From Spirochaetia bacterium (GTDB lineage Bacteria > Spirochaetota > Spirochaetia > UBA9216), in NCBI GenBank assembly GCA_963675665.1, contig OY776510.1, positions 4,576,001 through 4,640,000 on the forward strand: a DNA stretch of 64,000 nt, in the 5' to 3' direction. Position numbers and translations under genes: made by a program. How positions within the stretch are numbered: position 1 is the first letter of the stretch; each line of letters opens with the position of its first letter. Below are positions 50,101-59,528 of this stretch, one piece after another. The notes under the pieces were generated by a model that did not search any database, was not told the origin of the DNA, and saw only the letters and a list, made by a program, of their open reading frames with translations.

Positions 50101-50440
50101 TCCCGGTCATACCGACCAGTTCATTTATGGCTTTATCGTATTCTGTAATACGCAAATTGATTGCGTCTATCTCGGCGGCCTTGTTGCTGAAACCTTCCTC
50201 AATGGCTGATATCCTTTTCAGAACTTCCTTGCCGGTTTTCTGATGAACATCAATCTCTATTGCAAGGTTTTTCATTTCCTGCGTCTTCTGATCTACAAAT
50301 ACTTCGATATTGCCGGTAACTTTATCAGAATACCTTCGCACTTTGTCGAGCGAACGGTTATTCCGATCCAGCTGCCTGTAAAGCGCGAGAATAATTAATA
50401 CTATTAATATGGTTATTATATTTCCGATTGAGAATAACAT
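47123..50440 (-). CDS. Membrane-anchored long coiled-coil protein (SpiroCoCo-like) with C-terminal HTH-like domain
   Basis: N-terminal TM then RQLDRNNRSLDKVRRY; ~1000 aa coiled coil; LARQGWKVEEIA..GEVELILE. Confidence 0.85.
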   Translation of the reverse strand: MLFSIGNIITILIVLIILALYRQLDRNNRSLDKVRRYSDKVTGNIEVFVDQKTQEMKNLAIEIDVHQKTGKEVLKRISAIEEGFSNKAAEIDAINLRITEYDKAINELVGMTGKVDENLKRLHQESEFVDKVGKRLKDAQTRIVQIEKVIPQINEEFAVKNEKEFEKLRIELFSEVERQAAVVLDGIAMGSDRVEEFTAHLDSLESRRDKAAETFLRDISNKVEESIDNADGKLRALNEDFNVSLDAMLAASEDKRNELQKRLDSSESRFRTHVEEIGELLGNKLVSFKDNINNLEETYQQNLKESAEKAKLLEDDVFAALKTYIEERSRDTRKQINNVFEDLKKGSLSYRSEIDNSFGESQSEITVWRAKLQKELEDGQADIKSRVDALKPKTEQMLSEIEEESRKLVERTKGDVFSRVEKMIANVNEKESRLSEFEENLAYKLTRIEEITSDIDLLENNLKQMVDKAVVEVNSGFEEIRDDMNVRWKQSSDALNGDISATRDVMTGLEEDLDALKASAYENVSVKLKDFEDEFFDDLKEKSGLMEKQLLEWQQSIDFRLEQISNDSIAGREELENTYNEGLNRKISGLLDKTSGEFSKYEQHVESYEGVIKRKLNSIDGVIDGMKEQLDTEVAEANESLETFLLNEIEKTRTTVKADINRFMREAETGLREAEENVIADREKIKQKIEAQTGEIELWQARVNQQLSENENTMSEQYSLMKAEAAERMAEIREAMASHRNDFDNLVSDIQRRSRDIQNELDQHLRGFDDKAAEINDGFNLAAKRMYEKIEEQSRELSFTLNEIDGKQKSFIAQTRIFERADSMKEALETGVNALQMEISRVTAQAAEIHEAEKKFLTVKKLAEDVSSKMAAFSADRRKIEELDSDFHRLMSISQSIDARLNQVTAADDSLQIVQMKLRELDGLQKEVEGRYERLQKKEAVVDSTISGVDRGFEQLNELDHMISVISEKSMPLNSRLDELTRRIDFLSKNKKQIDTVIGHIETIDSTLVDLEERIERMQKAREWLAGTETRLEEVNKQAQEQVKLLGTLVKGSSTKTRGTGAPPHELRDVVIKLARQGWKVEEIAKSTQLARGEVELILELQPKK

Positions 50441-50582
50441 AGCCCCCCCAGTTTATTGCTATATATCTCGAAAAGAATCCTGCAAGCGAACAGAGATCCC
50501 CTATATTACATATTCTAACAGTTTATCAGACTTGTCAATATTTTTCCAGTAATCCGTGCATCGGTCGTGAACAGGCCGGTTG

Positions 50583-51239
50583 TTACGGCTGCAGGGTCCT
50601 GATATATTTGAATAAATCCCTGTAACGGCTGAAGGTAAAATCGGCAACACTGTCTTTTATTTCGCGAACGGAAAGATGGGCCGTAGTCATGCCGACGGCA
50701 GCAGCCCCCAGAACGTCCTTGCTGTAGGAATTGCCTACATAAAGGATTTCTTCCGGCTTAAGCTTCAACCGTCTTGCCAGTTCGAGAAACGGCTCAGGAT
50801 GAGGCTTCAGATAGCCCGTGCTTTCCGATGTAAATGAACAGTCCCAGTCTTCCAGACCTAGAAATTTCAGCTTGTTCTGAACCGGAAAATCAGACAGCAC
50901 ACCCAGCTTGTAACCTTTTTCCCGAAGTTCGAGAAGCCCTTCCTTCAGCCCGGACAACGGCTTTATTATCCGGAACCGGTTTTCCCAGTCTTCATACAAT
51001 TTTGTCTCAATAACAAGACGGGCTTTTACTTCATCGATTCCCATCGATTTGGAAACCAGGCGCGCCTGCATCTTTCGGTAGTTGGTTATGGGGCGGATAT
51101 CCCTGATTAATGACCTTGCCCTGCTGTAATGCCAGACCAGACGCGGGTGCTTAATAAAAGATGGAATAGTGCAGAGATACATAAAAGCATTGTTGTACAG
51201 AGTTCCGTCGATGTCGAACCCGATCCCTTTGATTACCAT
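50583..51239 (-). CDS. HAD family hydrolase
   Basis: FDIDGTLY, LSD, KPHP, YVGN..KD. Confidence 0.9.
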   Translation of the reverse strand: MVIKGIGFDIDGTLYNNAFMYLCTIPSFIKHPRLVWHYSRARSLIRDIRPITNYRKMQARLVSKSMGIDEVKARLVIETKLYEDWENRFRIIKPLSGLKEGLLELREKGYKLGVLSDFPVQNKLKFLGLEDWDCSFTSESTGYLKPHPEPFLELARRLKLKPEEILYVGNSYSKDVLGAAAVGMTTAHLSVREIKDSVADFTFSRYRDLFKYIRTLQP

Positions 51240-51249
51240 GCGGCATATA

Positions 51250-52254
51250 TTACTTTATTTCTATTACATATGTAAGAGTAGCGCGCACTTTTTTATCGGT
51301 TAATGATTCGGATTCGGCAAAAACCCAGCGGCGCAGAGCTGCCTGTACAGCTGTGTCTATACGCGAATTTGTGGAAGATTTTTTAAGAACAATTCCGCTT
51401 ATAACGCCGTCCGGATCAATATCGAACTCAATAACAACAGTATACCTGGGAATACCGGCTTTTTTAACGTCTTCAGGGATTTCAGGCGGCGGGTAAACCA
51501 GCAGTTCACGGCTCAGCGAAGGGTCCCTGAATTCAAGCGTTGTGCCCCGCCCGGAAAAACTGTTCTGCACTGCTGAAGAAGGCCTGACTTGTGCATTTTC
51601 ATCAAAGTTGTCGGAATTCGATACTGCAGTTCCGGCTGCGAGACTCTCGTCGAGGCTGCTGAACATACCGGAATCTATCAGCGGCTGATTTGTCTGTTCC
51701 GGGGCGGAAGAACTGCTGACAGTTCCGGGTTCCGGCGCCGGGGCATCGGATAAAACGACTTTTGAACCGTCCGTCGCCCCAGTCGCGGCCCAGGTGTCGG
51801 GCCTGTCGGTTTCAGGCGCCACAGGGTCATCTCCGAACGCCTGACGGGCATTTACAGCAGAGGTATCGTCACGGTTCCGTTTTATTGACGCCAGGAAGTC
51901 GTCGTCCACCGACGGGGCCGTGTTTACAGCCGATACCGGGGCTGCAACAGGAACCGCCGAAGGCCGGGCTTTCGGAACAGGGGCGGGCTCGGGCTCGGGA
52001 AGCGGCACTTTATCCGGCAGTTCCTCAGCCGCGGGAGGAGCTGTCTGTTCGGAAAAATTATCAACCGGTTCCGACTCTTTTTCCGGCGGCGTCACAGGAG
52101 GCTGCGGAACCAGACTGACCTCTACCGTCAGCGGCCCGAATTCGGAAGACGGCTCAAAATTCAAACTGTGCATGCCGGTCAGTATCAGAATTACAAGATG
52201 GAGCACCAATGCAGCGCCGAGGCTGATATAAAACCGTTTGCGGTCTTCATTCAT
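51250..52254 (-). CDS. TonB-family energy transducer
   Basis: TM with SxxxxxxLH, Pro-rich linker, TonB C-terminal domain (FDIDPDGV..SS..D.AV..ALRRWVF). Confidence 0.85.
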   Translation of the reverse strand: MNEDRKRFYISLGAALVLHLVILILTGMHSLNFEPSSEFGPLTVEVSLVPQPPVTPPEKESEPVDNFSEQTAPPAAEELPDKVPLPEPEPAPVPKARPSAVPVAAPVSAVNTAPSVDDDFLASIKRNRDDTSAVNARQAFGDDPVAPETDRPDTWAATGATDGSKVVLSDAPAPEPGTVSSSSAPEQTNQPLIDSGMFSSLDESLAAGTAVSNSDNFDENAQVRPSSAVQNSFSGRGTTLEFRDPSLSRELLVYPPPEIPEDVKKAGIPRYTVVIEFDIDPDGVISGIVLKKSSTNSRIDTAVQAALRRWVFAESESLTDKKVRATLTYVIEIK

Positions 52255-52664
52255 TATTTCTCAGAGTCCCTCATCCTTAAATTTACCCCGTCAAAACGGT
52301 TATGTCTGAGCAAATCAAGAATTTCTACCAACAGCTCATAGGAAACAGCCTGATCTCCTTCAATTACGACAGCCGTAAGAGCTTCCTTTTCTTCATCGCT
52401 TATCAACTGCAGCGCGGTTCCAAGAGTATCAAGGCTGTACACATCCTTGTTAAGGTAGATCTCGTCTTCCGACACCACGGAAACAACCATATTGGTCATC
52501 GTCACGGATTCGGCAGTTGTCGATTCCGGCAGAACAATAGGGATACCCGGAGTCTGCAGAAAAGTACTTGAAACCATAAAAAAGATAACGAGCTGAAAAA
52601 CTACGTCTATCATCGGAACCATATCAGCCCTTACCGATGGGGTCAGGCGCCGTCTAAAATGCAT
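52254..52664 (-). CDS. exbD: ExbD/TolR family protein
   Basis: MVPMIDVVFQLVIFFMV, LPES, IEGD. Confidence 0.92.
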   Translation of the reverse strand: MHFRRRLTPSVRADMVPMIDVVFQLVIFFMVSSTFLQTPGIPIVLPESTTAESVTMTNMVVSVVSEDEIYLNKDVYSLDTLGTALQLISDEEKEALTAVVIEGDQAVSYELLVEILDLLRHNRFDGVNLRMRDSEK

Positions 52665-53271
52665 TATCCTTTCCTTTCAGCATCAAAACCAGCTCGTTTA
52701 CGGAGTTTTCCATTCGCAAAATTATATGGTTGACCCTTTCTACAAGATGGTTATAGAAAACCGTCGCCGGAATGGAAACTATCAGTCCTGCTGCCGTAGT
52801 CAGCAACGCTTCCGAGATTCCCGACGCGAGCAATGTCGGGTCTCCGACAGCTCCTGCAGTCCCGAGGACACCGAAAGCCTCAATGTTTCCGGTTACGGTA
52901 CCAAGCAGCCCGAGCAGCGGAGCAATATGCGCGATTGTACCGAGAGGAGACAAAAACTTTTCCAGCCTGGGAACTTCCAGGTTGGCCGCGCCCATTATCG
53001 CGTCTTTTATTTCAGACTGGGAGTAAAATCTGTGTTCTATTCCCACCTTAAGCAGGTTTGAAATAGGAGAAGGATCATTCTCACAAATGGCTATAGCCTC
53101 GTAAAAATGGTTCTGCTCCAGGGCTCCCCGGATATTATCCAGAACCTTTTCTTCGTCGGATCTGATTCTTCTGAAAAACAGCATTCGTTCAATTATTATT
53201 GCGGCAGCGGCAATAGAGAGCGCTATGATGAAAATCATCACAAACCCGCCTTTTGCTATCAAGTTAAACAT
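52654..53271 (-). CDS. exbB: MotA/TolQ/ExbB proton channel protein
   Basis: APLLGLLGTVTG, GISEALLTTAAGL. Confidence 0.93.
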   Translation of the reverse strand: MFNLIAKGGFVMIFIIALSIAAAAIIIERMLFFRRIRSDEEKVLDNIRGALEQNHFYEAIAICENDPSPISNLLKVGIEHRFYSQSEIKDAIMGAANLEVPRLEKFLSPLGTIAHIAPLLGLLGTVTGNIEAFGVLGTAGAVGDPTLLASGISEALLTTAAGLIVSIPATVFYNHLVERVNHIILRMENSVNELVLMLKGKDNAF

Positions 53272-53288
53272 CTTTCCTCCTGTACCAA

Positions 53289-54977
53289 CTAAAGGGATAT
53301 TTTTATTTTAGCCTGCAGCCTTGTTCCCATATCAAGATATTCGCCCCAGACAGCCCTACCTTCGGACAAAGCGCCGGCGGCAAGGTCCTTTCCGGATAAC
53401 GAAAAAATAAAACCGTCGGAGATTCTAAGATACCCTTCAAGACCGATATACGGAACCCAATAGGTACTGTACCAAATTTGTTCGGGATCATAAATACGCA
53501 GTTCTACATCTCCGGTAATCCCCATATTTCTGTCTCTGGAAGTCAGCTCTACCGATGTATCAACAAGATGCCTCGGTTTATACCAGTCCATCTGCTCAAG
53601 CAGCTGCCCGCTCCAGCCGGCATTGACTGAAAGAACGTCGGAAACCTTCCAATACACCTTTGCCGATGTACCGAGGCAAACCGTACTTCCCGCCGAAACG
53701 GAATAAAACCCGGACAGCGCCGACGGCGTCGGTTTTAATGCATTTTCGTAAACCGAAAAATCTGCAGAGTACCGCACGATCAGGCTGTCGGTAATATTCC
53801 AGCGTATGCCGCCCTCGCCGAACCATCCGCTTGTCAGCGGGATTGAACCCATACTGGCTGCAGCTTCAGGCCCGCCTGCGGCCGGGTAAACATCCCAAAG
53901 CTCTGCACGGTCACGGAAAAACGCCCTGAACCCGCCGCTTAACGAATAATCGAAGGTTGAAGACGTTCCGGAAAGCGCCACGCTGAACGGGAAATAAACT
54001 TTCTGCCAGTTGTCCCAGAACACATCAGCTTCCGCCGATATTCTGAAAACGGGCGCGGGTTCTGCGGAAAACAACAGTCCGCCGCCCAGACTCTGTGAAA
54101 TACCGCCTCCGTTCAGAAAACTTTCAAGCCCGTAATTGATTTTTACCCCGGCCTGTAGAGCTTCCGTTCCGTAAAGAAATTCAGCTTCAGGAGCAAGCGA
54201 CCAGGAGTAGAATCCCAGCGGATCATCGACTGCATTCAGCTGCATTCCCAGCGCCCGCGCGTCAAGAATGCCGGTGAGTGAAATTTTCTCTGCCGGAGTC
54301 CAGGCTATATCGGTATTTAACCCGGGAATTCGTCGCGTCAGGGCGGTATACTCCCCGGCCTTTCCCTGAAGCCCGTTTTCATATTCGTTGTATGTAATAA
54401 ACATATCGCCGGAAAGCTGATCCGTACTGTAATTAAGTTCGGCTTCAATCAGCTCTTCTCTTGCCGAATAACCTTTGCCGGCTTCACTGCCGGCAAAACC
54501 GTCGTAACTGTCGTGAAAATATCTGAGCCTGAATCCGGGCTGCTCTCCTATGTGATAGAGGTTGATATCACCCGTAATATTCGCCGAAGTCCCGACCCCG
54601 ATAGTACTCTCGCTGAAAAATGAACTCTCCGGCGACCGGCCGGTCCCGTAATAAGATGCAGGAGCTGCAGAACCGTCAACAGCAAATGCAGCAGTAGGGA
54701 TTTCAATCTCATCGGGCTGGGGCAGTTGCAGTTCGATTGACGAAAGCATAACCTCATCTTCATCCGGTATAACTGCATTTATCTCTTCAATGGTCAAATC
54801 CTCGATCTCAAGATACATTTCCGGCAGGATAATCTCGGTTTCGGTCGGTTCAACAGGACCTGAGCGAAGATCCGCCTGGGGTTTTTCATCTTCTGCAAAA
54901 ACAGTCTGTGCAGTCGAAAACAACATAAAAATCATCAGGCTTGTTGCCAATGGTCTTTTAATGTAAGCAGATATCAT
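53289..54977 (-). CDS. Putative large outer-membrane beta-barrel protein
   Basis: Signal peptide, acidic N-terminal segment, amphipathic beta-strand pattern to C-terminal LQAKIKISL. Confidence 0.65.
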   Translation of the reverse strand: MISAYIKRPLATSLMIFMLFSTAQTVFAEDEKPQADLRSGPVEPTETEIILPEMYLEIEDLTIEEINAVIPDEDEVMLSSIELQLPQPDEIEIPTAAFAVDGSAAPASYYGTGRSPESSFFSESTIGVGTSANITGDINLYHIGEQPGFRLRYFHDSYDGFAGSEAGKGYSAREELIEAELNYSTDQLSGDMFITYNEYENGLQGKAGEYTALTRRIPGLNTDIAWTPAEKISLTGILDARALGMQLNAVDDPLGFYSWSLAPEAEFLYGTEALQAGVKINYGLESFLNGGGISQSLGGGLLFSAEPAPVFRISAEADVFWDNWQKVYFPFSVALSGTSSTFDYSLSGGFRAFFRDRAELWDVYPAAGGPEAAASMGSIPLTSGWFGEGGIRWNITDSLIVRYSADFSVYENALKPTPSALSGFYSVSAGSTVCLGTSAKVYWKVSDVLSVNAGWSGQLLEQMDWYKPRHLVDTSVELTSRDRNMGITGDVELRIYDPEQIWYSTYWVPYIGLEGYLRISDGFIFSLSGKDLAAGALSEGRAVWGEYLDMGTRLQAKIKISL

Positions 54978-57859
54978 TATTCGGCCCCCTTCAAAAGTTT
55001 GCCGGCTTCAATTGCCCATTCAGTGTCCGGGTAATACTCCCTGAGGCGTTTTATCAGTTTTTCAGCGTCGGCTTTACTGCCGGCAAGTACGGCTGTGTCT
55101 GCAGCACGGTACAGGGCCCTTGCCGAAGAATCCTTGTCGGACGGGTTTATACCAGCCGCTTCAAGAAAATATTTTACGGCTTCTGGATAATTGTTCTGTC
55201 TGTAATAATATTCGCCGATGTAATACTGCGCATCCGCGGCAGCTTCAGGATCTTCATCGGTATGCTCCGCTATCTGGCGCAGCATCGATAACGCGGGCTT
55301 AAGATCGGAGCCGCCCATTGAGATATATAAAGCCGACAGCTCTATCATCGCCCTGCGCCCTTCCGGACTGCCTGCACCGCCTTCCCGTGTGATAATTACA
55401 TTCAGTTCAGCTTCCCGTTCCGAAAGGCCGCTGATAAGAAGTCTCAATTTCTCCGATTCATCAGCCGCAACAGCAGCCCGCTCGGTTCCGGGATATTCGA
55501 GACGGCACCGTTCATACAATCCAAGTGCTGTGCTGTAGTCTCCCGCGTTTGAATAGGTCTCAGCCGTTTTCAGCATGGCCGGAGCCCTGAAAACAGAGTC
55601 GCGATAGTTATCAATAATATTTTCCCACAGCAGCACCGCTCCGAAATCTTCATCATTGCCCTTCAGCGACATACCGCCCCAATACAGGGCAGCGTCGAAC
55701 ATTTTGCTGTTCGGATAATTTCGCCGAAAGGTATAAAATGCCGACGCCGCTTCCGCAAATTTTCCGTCATCGTAGAAAAGCTCGCCCCGGCGGAACATTC
55801 CCTCTTCAGCAAGCAGGCCTCCATACCTGCGGAACAGGTACTCATAATCAGCAGCAGCCTGTTCCGTATCGCCCATAAGGGCATACAGGGCAGCTTTCTC
55901 AAAAAGAGCGTCATCGGCAAGGGCCGAGTCTTCATTGTCCCGGGTAATTTCAGCAAAGATATTGGCAGCCTCACGGTAACGCTCCAGAGCTGCGAGATTT
56001 TTGGCATACATGAACCAGCCCTTTTTACCGTTGTCTTTTTCAAGTCCGCTGTAATCAAGAAAGAATGCCGATGATTTTTCATAATTACCGGTTATATATT
56101 CACACCACCCGGCAAGGTAAGCCGCTTCAACAGAGGCCCCGGATTCCGGGTAACTGTCTATCAATTCTTCAAATGCGGACGACGCCCTGCCGTATTCCGC
56201 GTTTCGGTAGTATGCCCATCCGGTGTAGAAAAGTGCATAGGGATAAATTTCTGCAAGTCCGAAGTCTGCCGCGTTAACCGGGTTAATTAACAGCAGTTCA
56301 TCAATTGCGCGTTTATAATCCGAGAGCGCAATAGCGGATAATCCGCTTATATATGAACTGAGCAGATATGCCTTTGTATAATTTTCCCGGACTTCCGGAC
56401 GCCATTTAAACTCAACAGAATCGTCCAGAATCCGCTTGTACTGATCCAGTAAGAATCTGAGCCTGAATAAATCAAGTTCCGCGTTAACATCATCGGGTTT
56501 ATAACCCAGGTAACGTTCAAGTTTATCTGCGGCTTTACCATAGTCGCCTTTCTTTTTCAGAAGAGTGGATTCAAGACGCAGCAGCGATGAAGTACGCTCT
56601 CCCCTGCTGTCTGCGGAATATGCCCGCGCAACCCATTCCAGCGCCTCATCATATCTCCCGCCGCGGTAACAGATAAATGATTTAAGATAAGCTGCTTCAT
56701 AAAAGAACCCGGTTCCGGAATAATCTTTGAAAAAATCATCCAGCCGCCTTTCACCATTACTGTAATTCTGAGCATTTGTATAAAGTTCGGCAAGACGCAC
56801 AAGAATCTCTGCGCGGCGGCTGTCGGATTTGCCCAGATAAATCTCAAGTATCTCGGCTGCTCTTCTGCTGTTCCCGTTCTGCTCGAGGAGTTTCGAATAA
56901 TAAAGGGGCACCAGTCCGTCGAACTCGGAAGGCGACGACGTATCCCATATTGCCAGGAAATATTTTTCAGCGGTTTTATAATCACCTGAATTATAAGAAG
57001 CTATTCCTATACGCATGCGGAAATCCCCAAGGATATCCGGCCTGTCCCCGAGGGTCTTTTCAGCATCATCAAGCAGTCCTGACAGGCTTTCGTCCCTTCC
57101 TGTCCTTCGATAAATGGTAAATAATCTCTGCCAGGCTACACTCATGCGCGGATCATCAAGTTCAGTCAGCTCTGAATATAATTCTTCGGCTCCGGCAAGA
57201 TCATCGGTCATATATTTGGCCTCGGCCTCATGAAGCATTAGCTGGTTTCGGTACTCAGGTAAAAATGATTCTCCAGGCTGATTATCTGCAAGTTCAAGTA
57301 CACTGTCGTACTTTCCCTGTTTCAGATAAAGCGAAGATAACAGGGCATTTATATAACCGTCATCGGAAAAATCATCACGGTCAAGAAGAAGTTCAAGCGA
57401 ATAAGCAGCATCGGATAAACGTCCCATTTTATCATAGCTCATTGCCCTGTACAGATATGCTTCGGACACCAGCTTTCCGGTGCCGGAACGGATATACTCG
57501 TCAAAAAACTCTGCGGCAGCTTTATAATCTTCCGAGACAAGTGAAATTCTTCCCTGCCAGAACGGAACCATCCCGATATATGATGTAGAAGAGTATGTCT
57601 TTTTTATCTCGGAAAACAGTTTCAAAGATTCATCGGTCCGGCCAAGCTGGTATAAGCTGACGGCTCTTTTAAACTGCGCATCAGGCACTTCAGGTGAAAT
57701 CCTGTTTTCAGCTACGAATCTGGTATACAAATCCAGGGCTGCGGAGAAATTTCCACTGTTATACCGGCCTTCAGCTTCGAGAAAAAGTTCCCGATCCGCT
57801 CCGAAACCGGAAAAGACCCAAACAGTAATAAAAAGCAGTAATACTATAATTCTTTTCAT
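54977..57859 (-). CDS. Large exported TPR protein
   Basis: Signal peptide; many TPRs of the ..YP.S...A.Y..G type. Confidence 0.9.
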   Translation of the reverse strand: MKRIIVLLLFITVWVFSGFGADRELFLEAEGRYNSGNFSAALDLYTRFVAENRISPEVPDAQFKRAVSLYQLGRTDESLKLFSEIKKTYSSTSYIGMVPFWQGRISLVSEDYKAAAEFFDEYIRSGTGKLVSEAYLYRAMSYDKMGRLSDAAYSLELLLDRDDFSDDGYINALLSSLYLKQGKYDSVLELADNQPGESFLPEYRNQLMLHEAEAKYMTDDLAGAEELYSELTELDDPRMSVAWQRLFTIYRRTGRDESLSGLLDDAEKTLGDRPDILGDFRMRIGIASYNSGDYKTAEKYFLAIWDTSSPSEFDGLVPLYYSKLLEQNGNSRRAAEILEIYLGKSDSRRAEILVRLAELYTNAQNYSNGERRLDDFFKDYSGTGFFYEAAYLKSFICYRGGRYDEALEWVARAYSADSRGERTSSLLRLESTLLKKKGDYGKAADKLERYLGYKPDDVNAELDLFRLRFLLDQYKRILDDSVEFKWRPEVRENYTKAYLLSSYISGLSAIALSDYKRAIDELLLINPVNAADFGLAEIYPYALFYTGWAYYRNAEYGRASSAFEELIDSYPESGASVEAAYLAGWCEYITGNYEKSSAFFLDYSGLEKDNGKKGWFMYAKNLAALERYREAANIFAEITRDNEDSALADDALFEKAALYALMGDTEQAAADYEYLFRRYGGLLAEEGMFRRGELFYDDGKFAEAASAFYTFRRNYPNSKMFDAALYWGGMSLKGNDEDFGAVLLWENIIDNYRDSVFRAPAMLKTAETYSNAGDYSTALGLYERCRLEYPGTERAAVAADESEKLRLLISGLSEREAELNVIITREGGAGSPEGRRAMIELSALYISMGGSDLKPALSMLRQIAEHTDEDPEAAADAQYYIGEYYYRQNNYPEAVKYFLEAAGINPSDKDSSARALYRAADTAVLAGSKADAEKLIKRLREYYPDTEWAIEAGKLLKGAE

Positions 57860-57901
57860 ATCCTTGATAGGATATACCCAGTAAAGCTAATTATCAATAT
57901 T

Positions 57902-59182
57902 TCATCGCCTGAAATAACTGCCGGCACCCAAATCCGGTGTTTTTCTCAATTCCGGCAGCCTGAAACCCGCATCAACCCTGATTCTGACAAGATGGACATG
58001 GGCACCTTTAAAACTGTCTGCAAGGATCTCCGAATTGGACTCGGTATTTCTTTCAAATACAATATCGCTGTATCCGTTTTCTTTATCGAGCATCGGTATC
58101 AGAACTGCTGTATGTATATGCTGCCTCAACACCGGGGCGGTTCCCCAGGGGATATTAACAGAAGCAAGATAGATATATTCCGGTTCGGTTACGGCGAGGT
58201 AATACATCAGAAGTTTCAGTTCTTCTATCGGGAAGCCCACATCTTCAACATAATCAGCCCAGGGCAGATCTTTTACGTCGGCCGATTTATAGTCCGAATC
58301 TTCAGGGTGTTCGATGCCGGCGATTTTAACAGCAATATTTCTATTCCAGTCAAGTCCGAAATACGGATCACGATCATCTTCATGTCTCAGGCTCCATCTG
58401 TTTCCCCTCTGATCCGTTTGTTTGCTCTTCAGTTCCGCAACCGAAAGATAACCTCCGGTTTCCGCATAATTTATTCCGTCGGCAACCCATTTCACAAAAC
58501 CGGAACAATTAAACCCGCCCTGATCTTCAGGCTGGGGAGACAAGTCTTCGATAAACACCCAGGTTCCGTCTGCATCCAGGGCTCCGTCGTCAACATCGTA
58601 CATGAGCGGCAGGTTCTGTCTGATTTCATCGGAAAGCTTCATTTTTTGCTCAAATAAAAAGAAATCCGTCTCGGGAAAAATCATTGGCCAGTCTATAATA
58701 CCGGATGTCGAGTCAATAATCTCGGCAAATGATTCCGTAAGGGCTTCAGCAAAGCTGAAAGGCAAATTTATATCGGAATAAATTATCTTGCCGTAGAGAA
58801 TTATCTCCATTACTGCCCTGTCGTCCATCGGGAAAATCCGCGCATAGCATTCCGTATGGTTTTTAAGAAAGACTTTAATCTGTATAAATTTCCCGTCTGA
58901 AAGATTTCGTTTGATTATATAGGAACCTTTGCTGAAAACAGGAAATTTCCCGTCGGATTCATTGATAAAACACAGGTAAAAAGCATCATTCTGAAGCTTA
59001 ACCTGGAAGGAAACTTCTGAACCGTCAAGAATCTGCTCTACAGTTCGATCCCGGGCTTCAAGAACATCGCCGGTCGGGGCGGTTATCATTTCACGCAGCT
59101 GCACTCTGGCTTCGGAATTATCGGGAAAGGCAAAAACACTTGCAGGGAGACAGATTAATATGCACAGTAAAGTCCATTTCAC
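57902..59182 (-). CDS. Exported hypothetical protein, possible papain/NlpC-like fold
   Basis: Signal peptide; GFNCSGFVKWV, later HIHT and ERN. Confidence 0.6.
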   Translation of the reverse strand: MKWTLLCILICLPASVFAFPDNSEARVQLREMITAPTGDVLEARDRTVEQILDGSEVSFQVKLQNDAFYLCFINESDGKFPVFSKGSYIIKRNLSDGKFIQIKVFLKNHTECYARIFPMDDRAVMEIILYGKIIYSDINLPFSFAEALTESFAEIIDSTSGIIDWPMIFPETDFFLFEQKMKLSDEIRQNLPLMYDVDDGALDADGTWVFIEDLSPQPEDQGGFNCSGFVKWVADGINYAETGGYLSVAELKSKQTDQRGNRWSLRHEDDRDPYFGLDWNRNIAVKIAGIEHPEDSDYKSADVKDLPWADYVEDVGFPIEELKLLMYYLAVTEPEYIYLASVNIPWGTAPVLRQHIHTAVLIPMLDKENGYSDIVFERNTESNSEILADSFKGAHVHLVRIRVDAGFRLPELRKTPDLGAGSYFRR

Positions 59183-59195
59183 AATTTGATTATCG

Positions 59196-59516
59196 TCAAT
59201 TTTTTTTCATTTCATCAATTTTAAGTGAGAGATTCAGGAGTGTTTCCCTTAAAGCCTGAACCGAAGCTTTTACATCGACCTTATCCTGAGACAGTTCTGA
59301 CCACAGTTTCTGCTTTGCGCCTTCAATCGTATATTTTTCATCATGAAGAAGATGCTTGATTCTGAAAAGAGTATTCGCATCATTTCTTGAATAAAGCCGT
59401 TTCCCGCTGCGGTCTTTGCGCGGATTAACTATTTCGAATTCCTGCTCCCAGTATCGCAGAACATGAGGTTTGACTCCGAGGAGCCTGCACATTTCCCCTA
59501 TCGACAACAGTTCCAT
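59196..59516 (-). CDS. MerR-family transcriptional regulator
   Basis: SIGE...LGVKPHVLRYWE, GKRLYS, IKHLL..YTIEGA. Confidence 0.9.
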   Translation of the reverse strand: MELLSIGEMCRLLGVKPHVLRYWEQEFEIVNPRKDRSGKRLYSRNDANTLFRIKHLLHDEKYTIEGAKQKLWSELSQDKVDVKASVQALRETLLNLSLKIDEMKKN

Positions 59517-59528
59517 TCTATAACCGGT

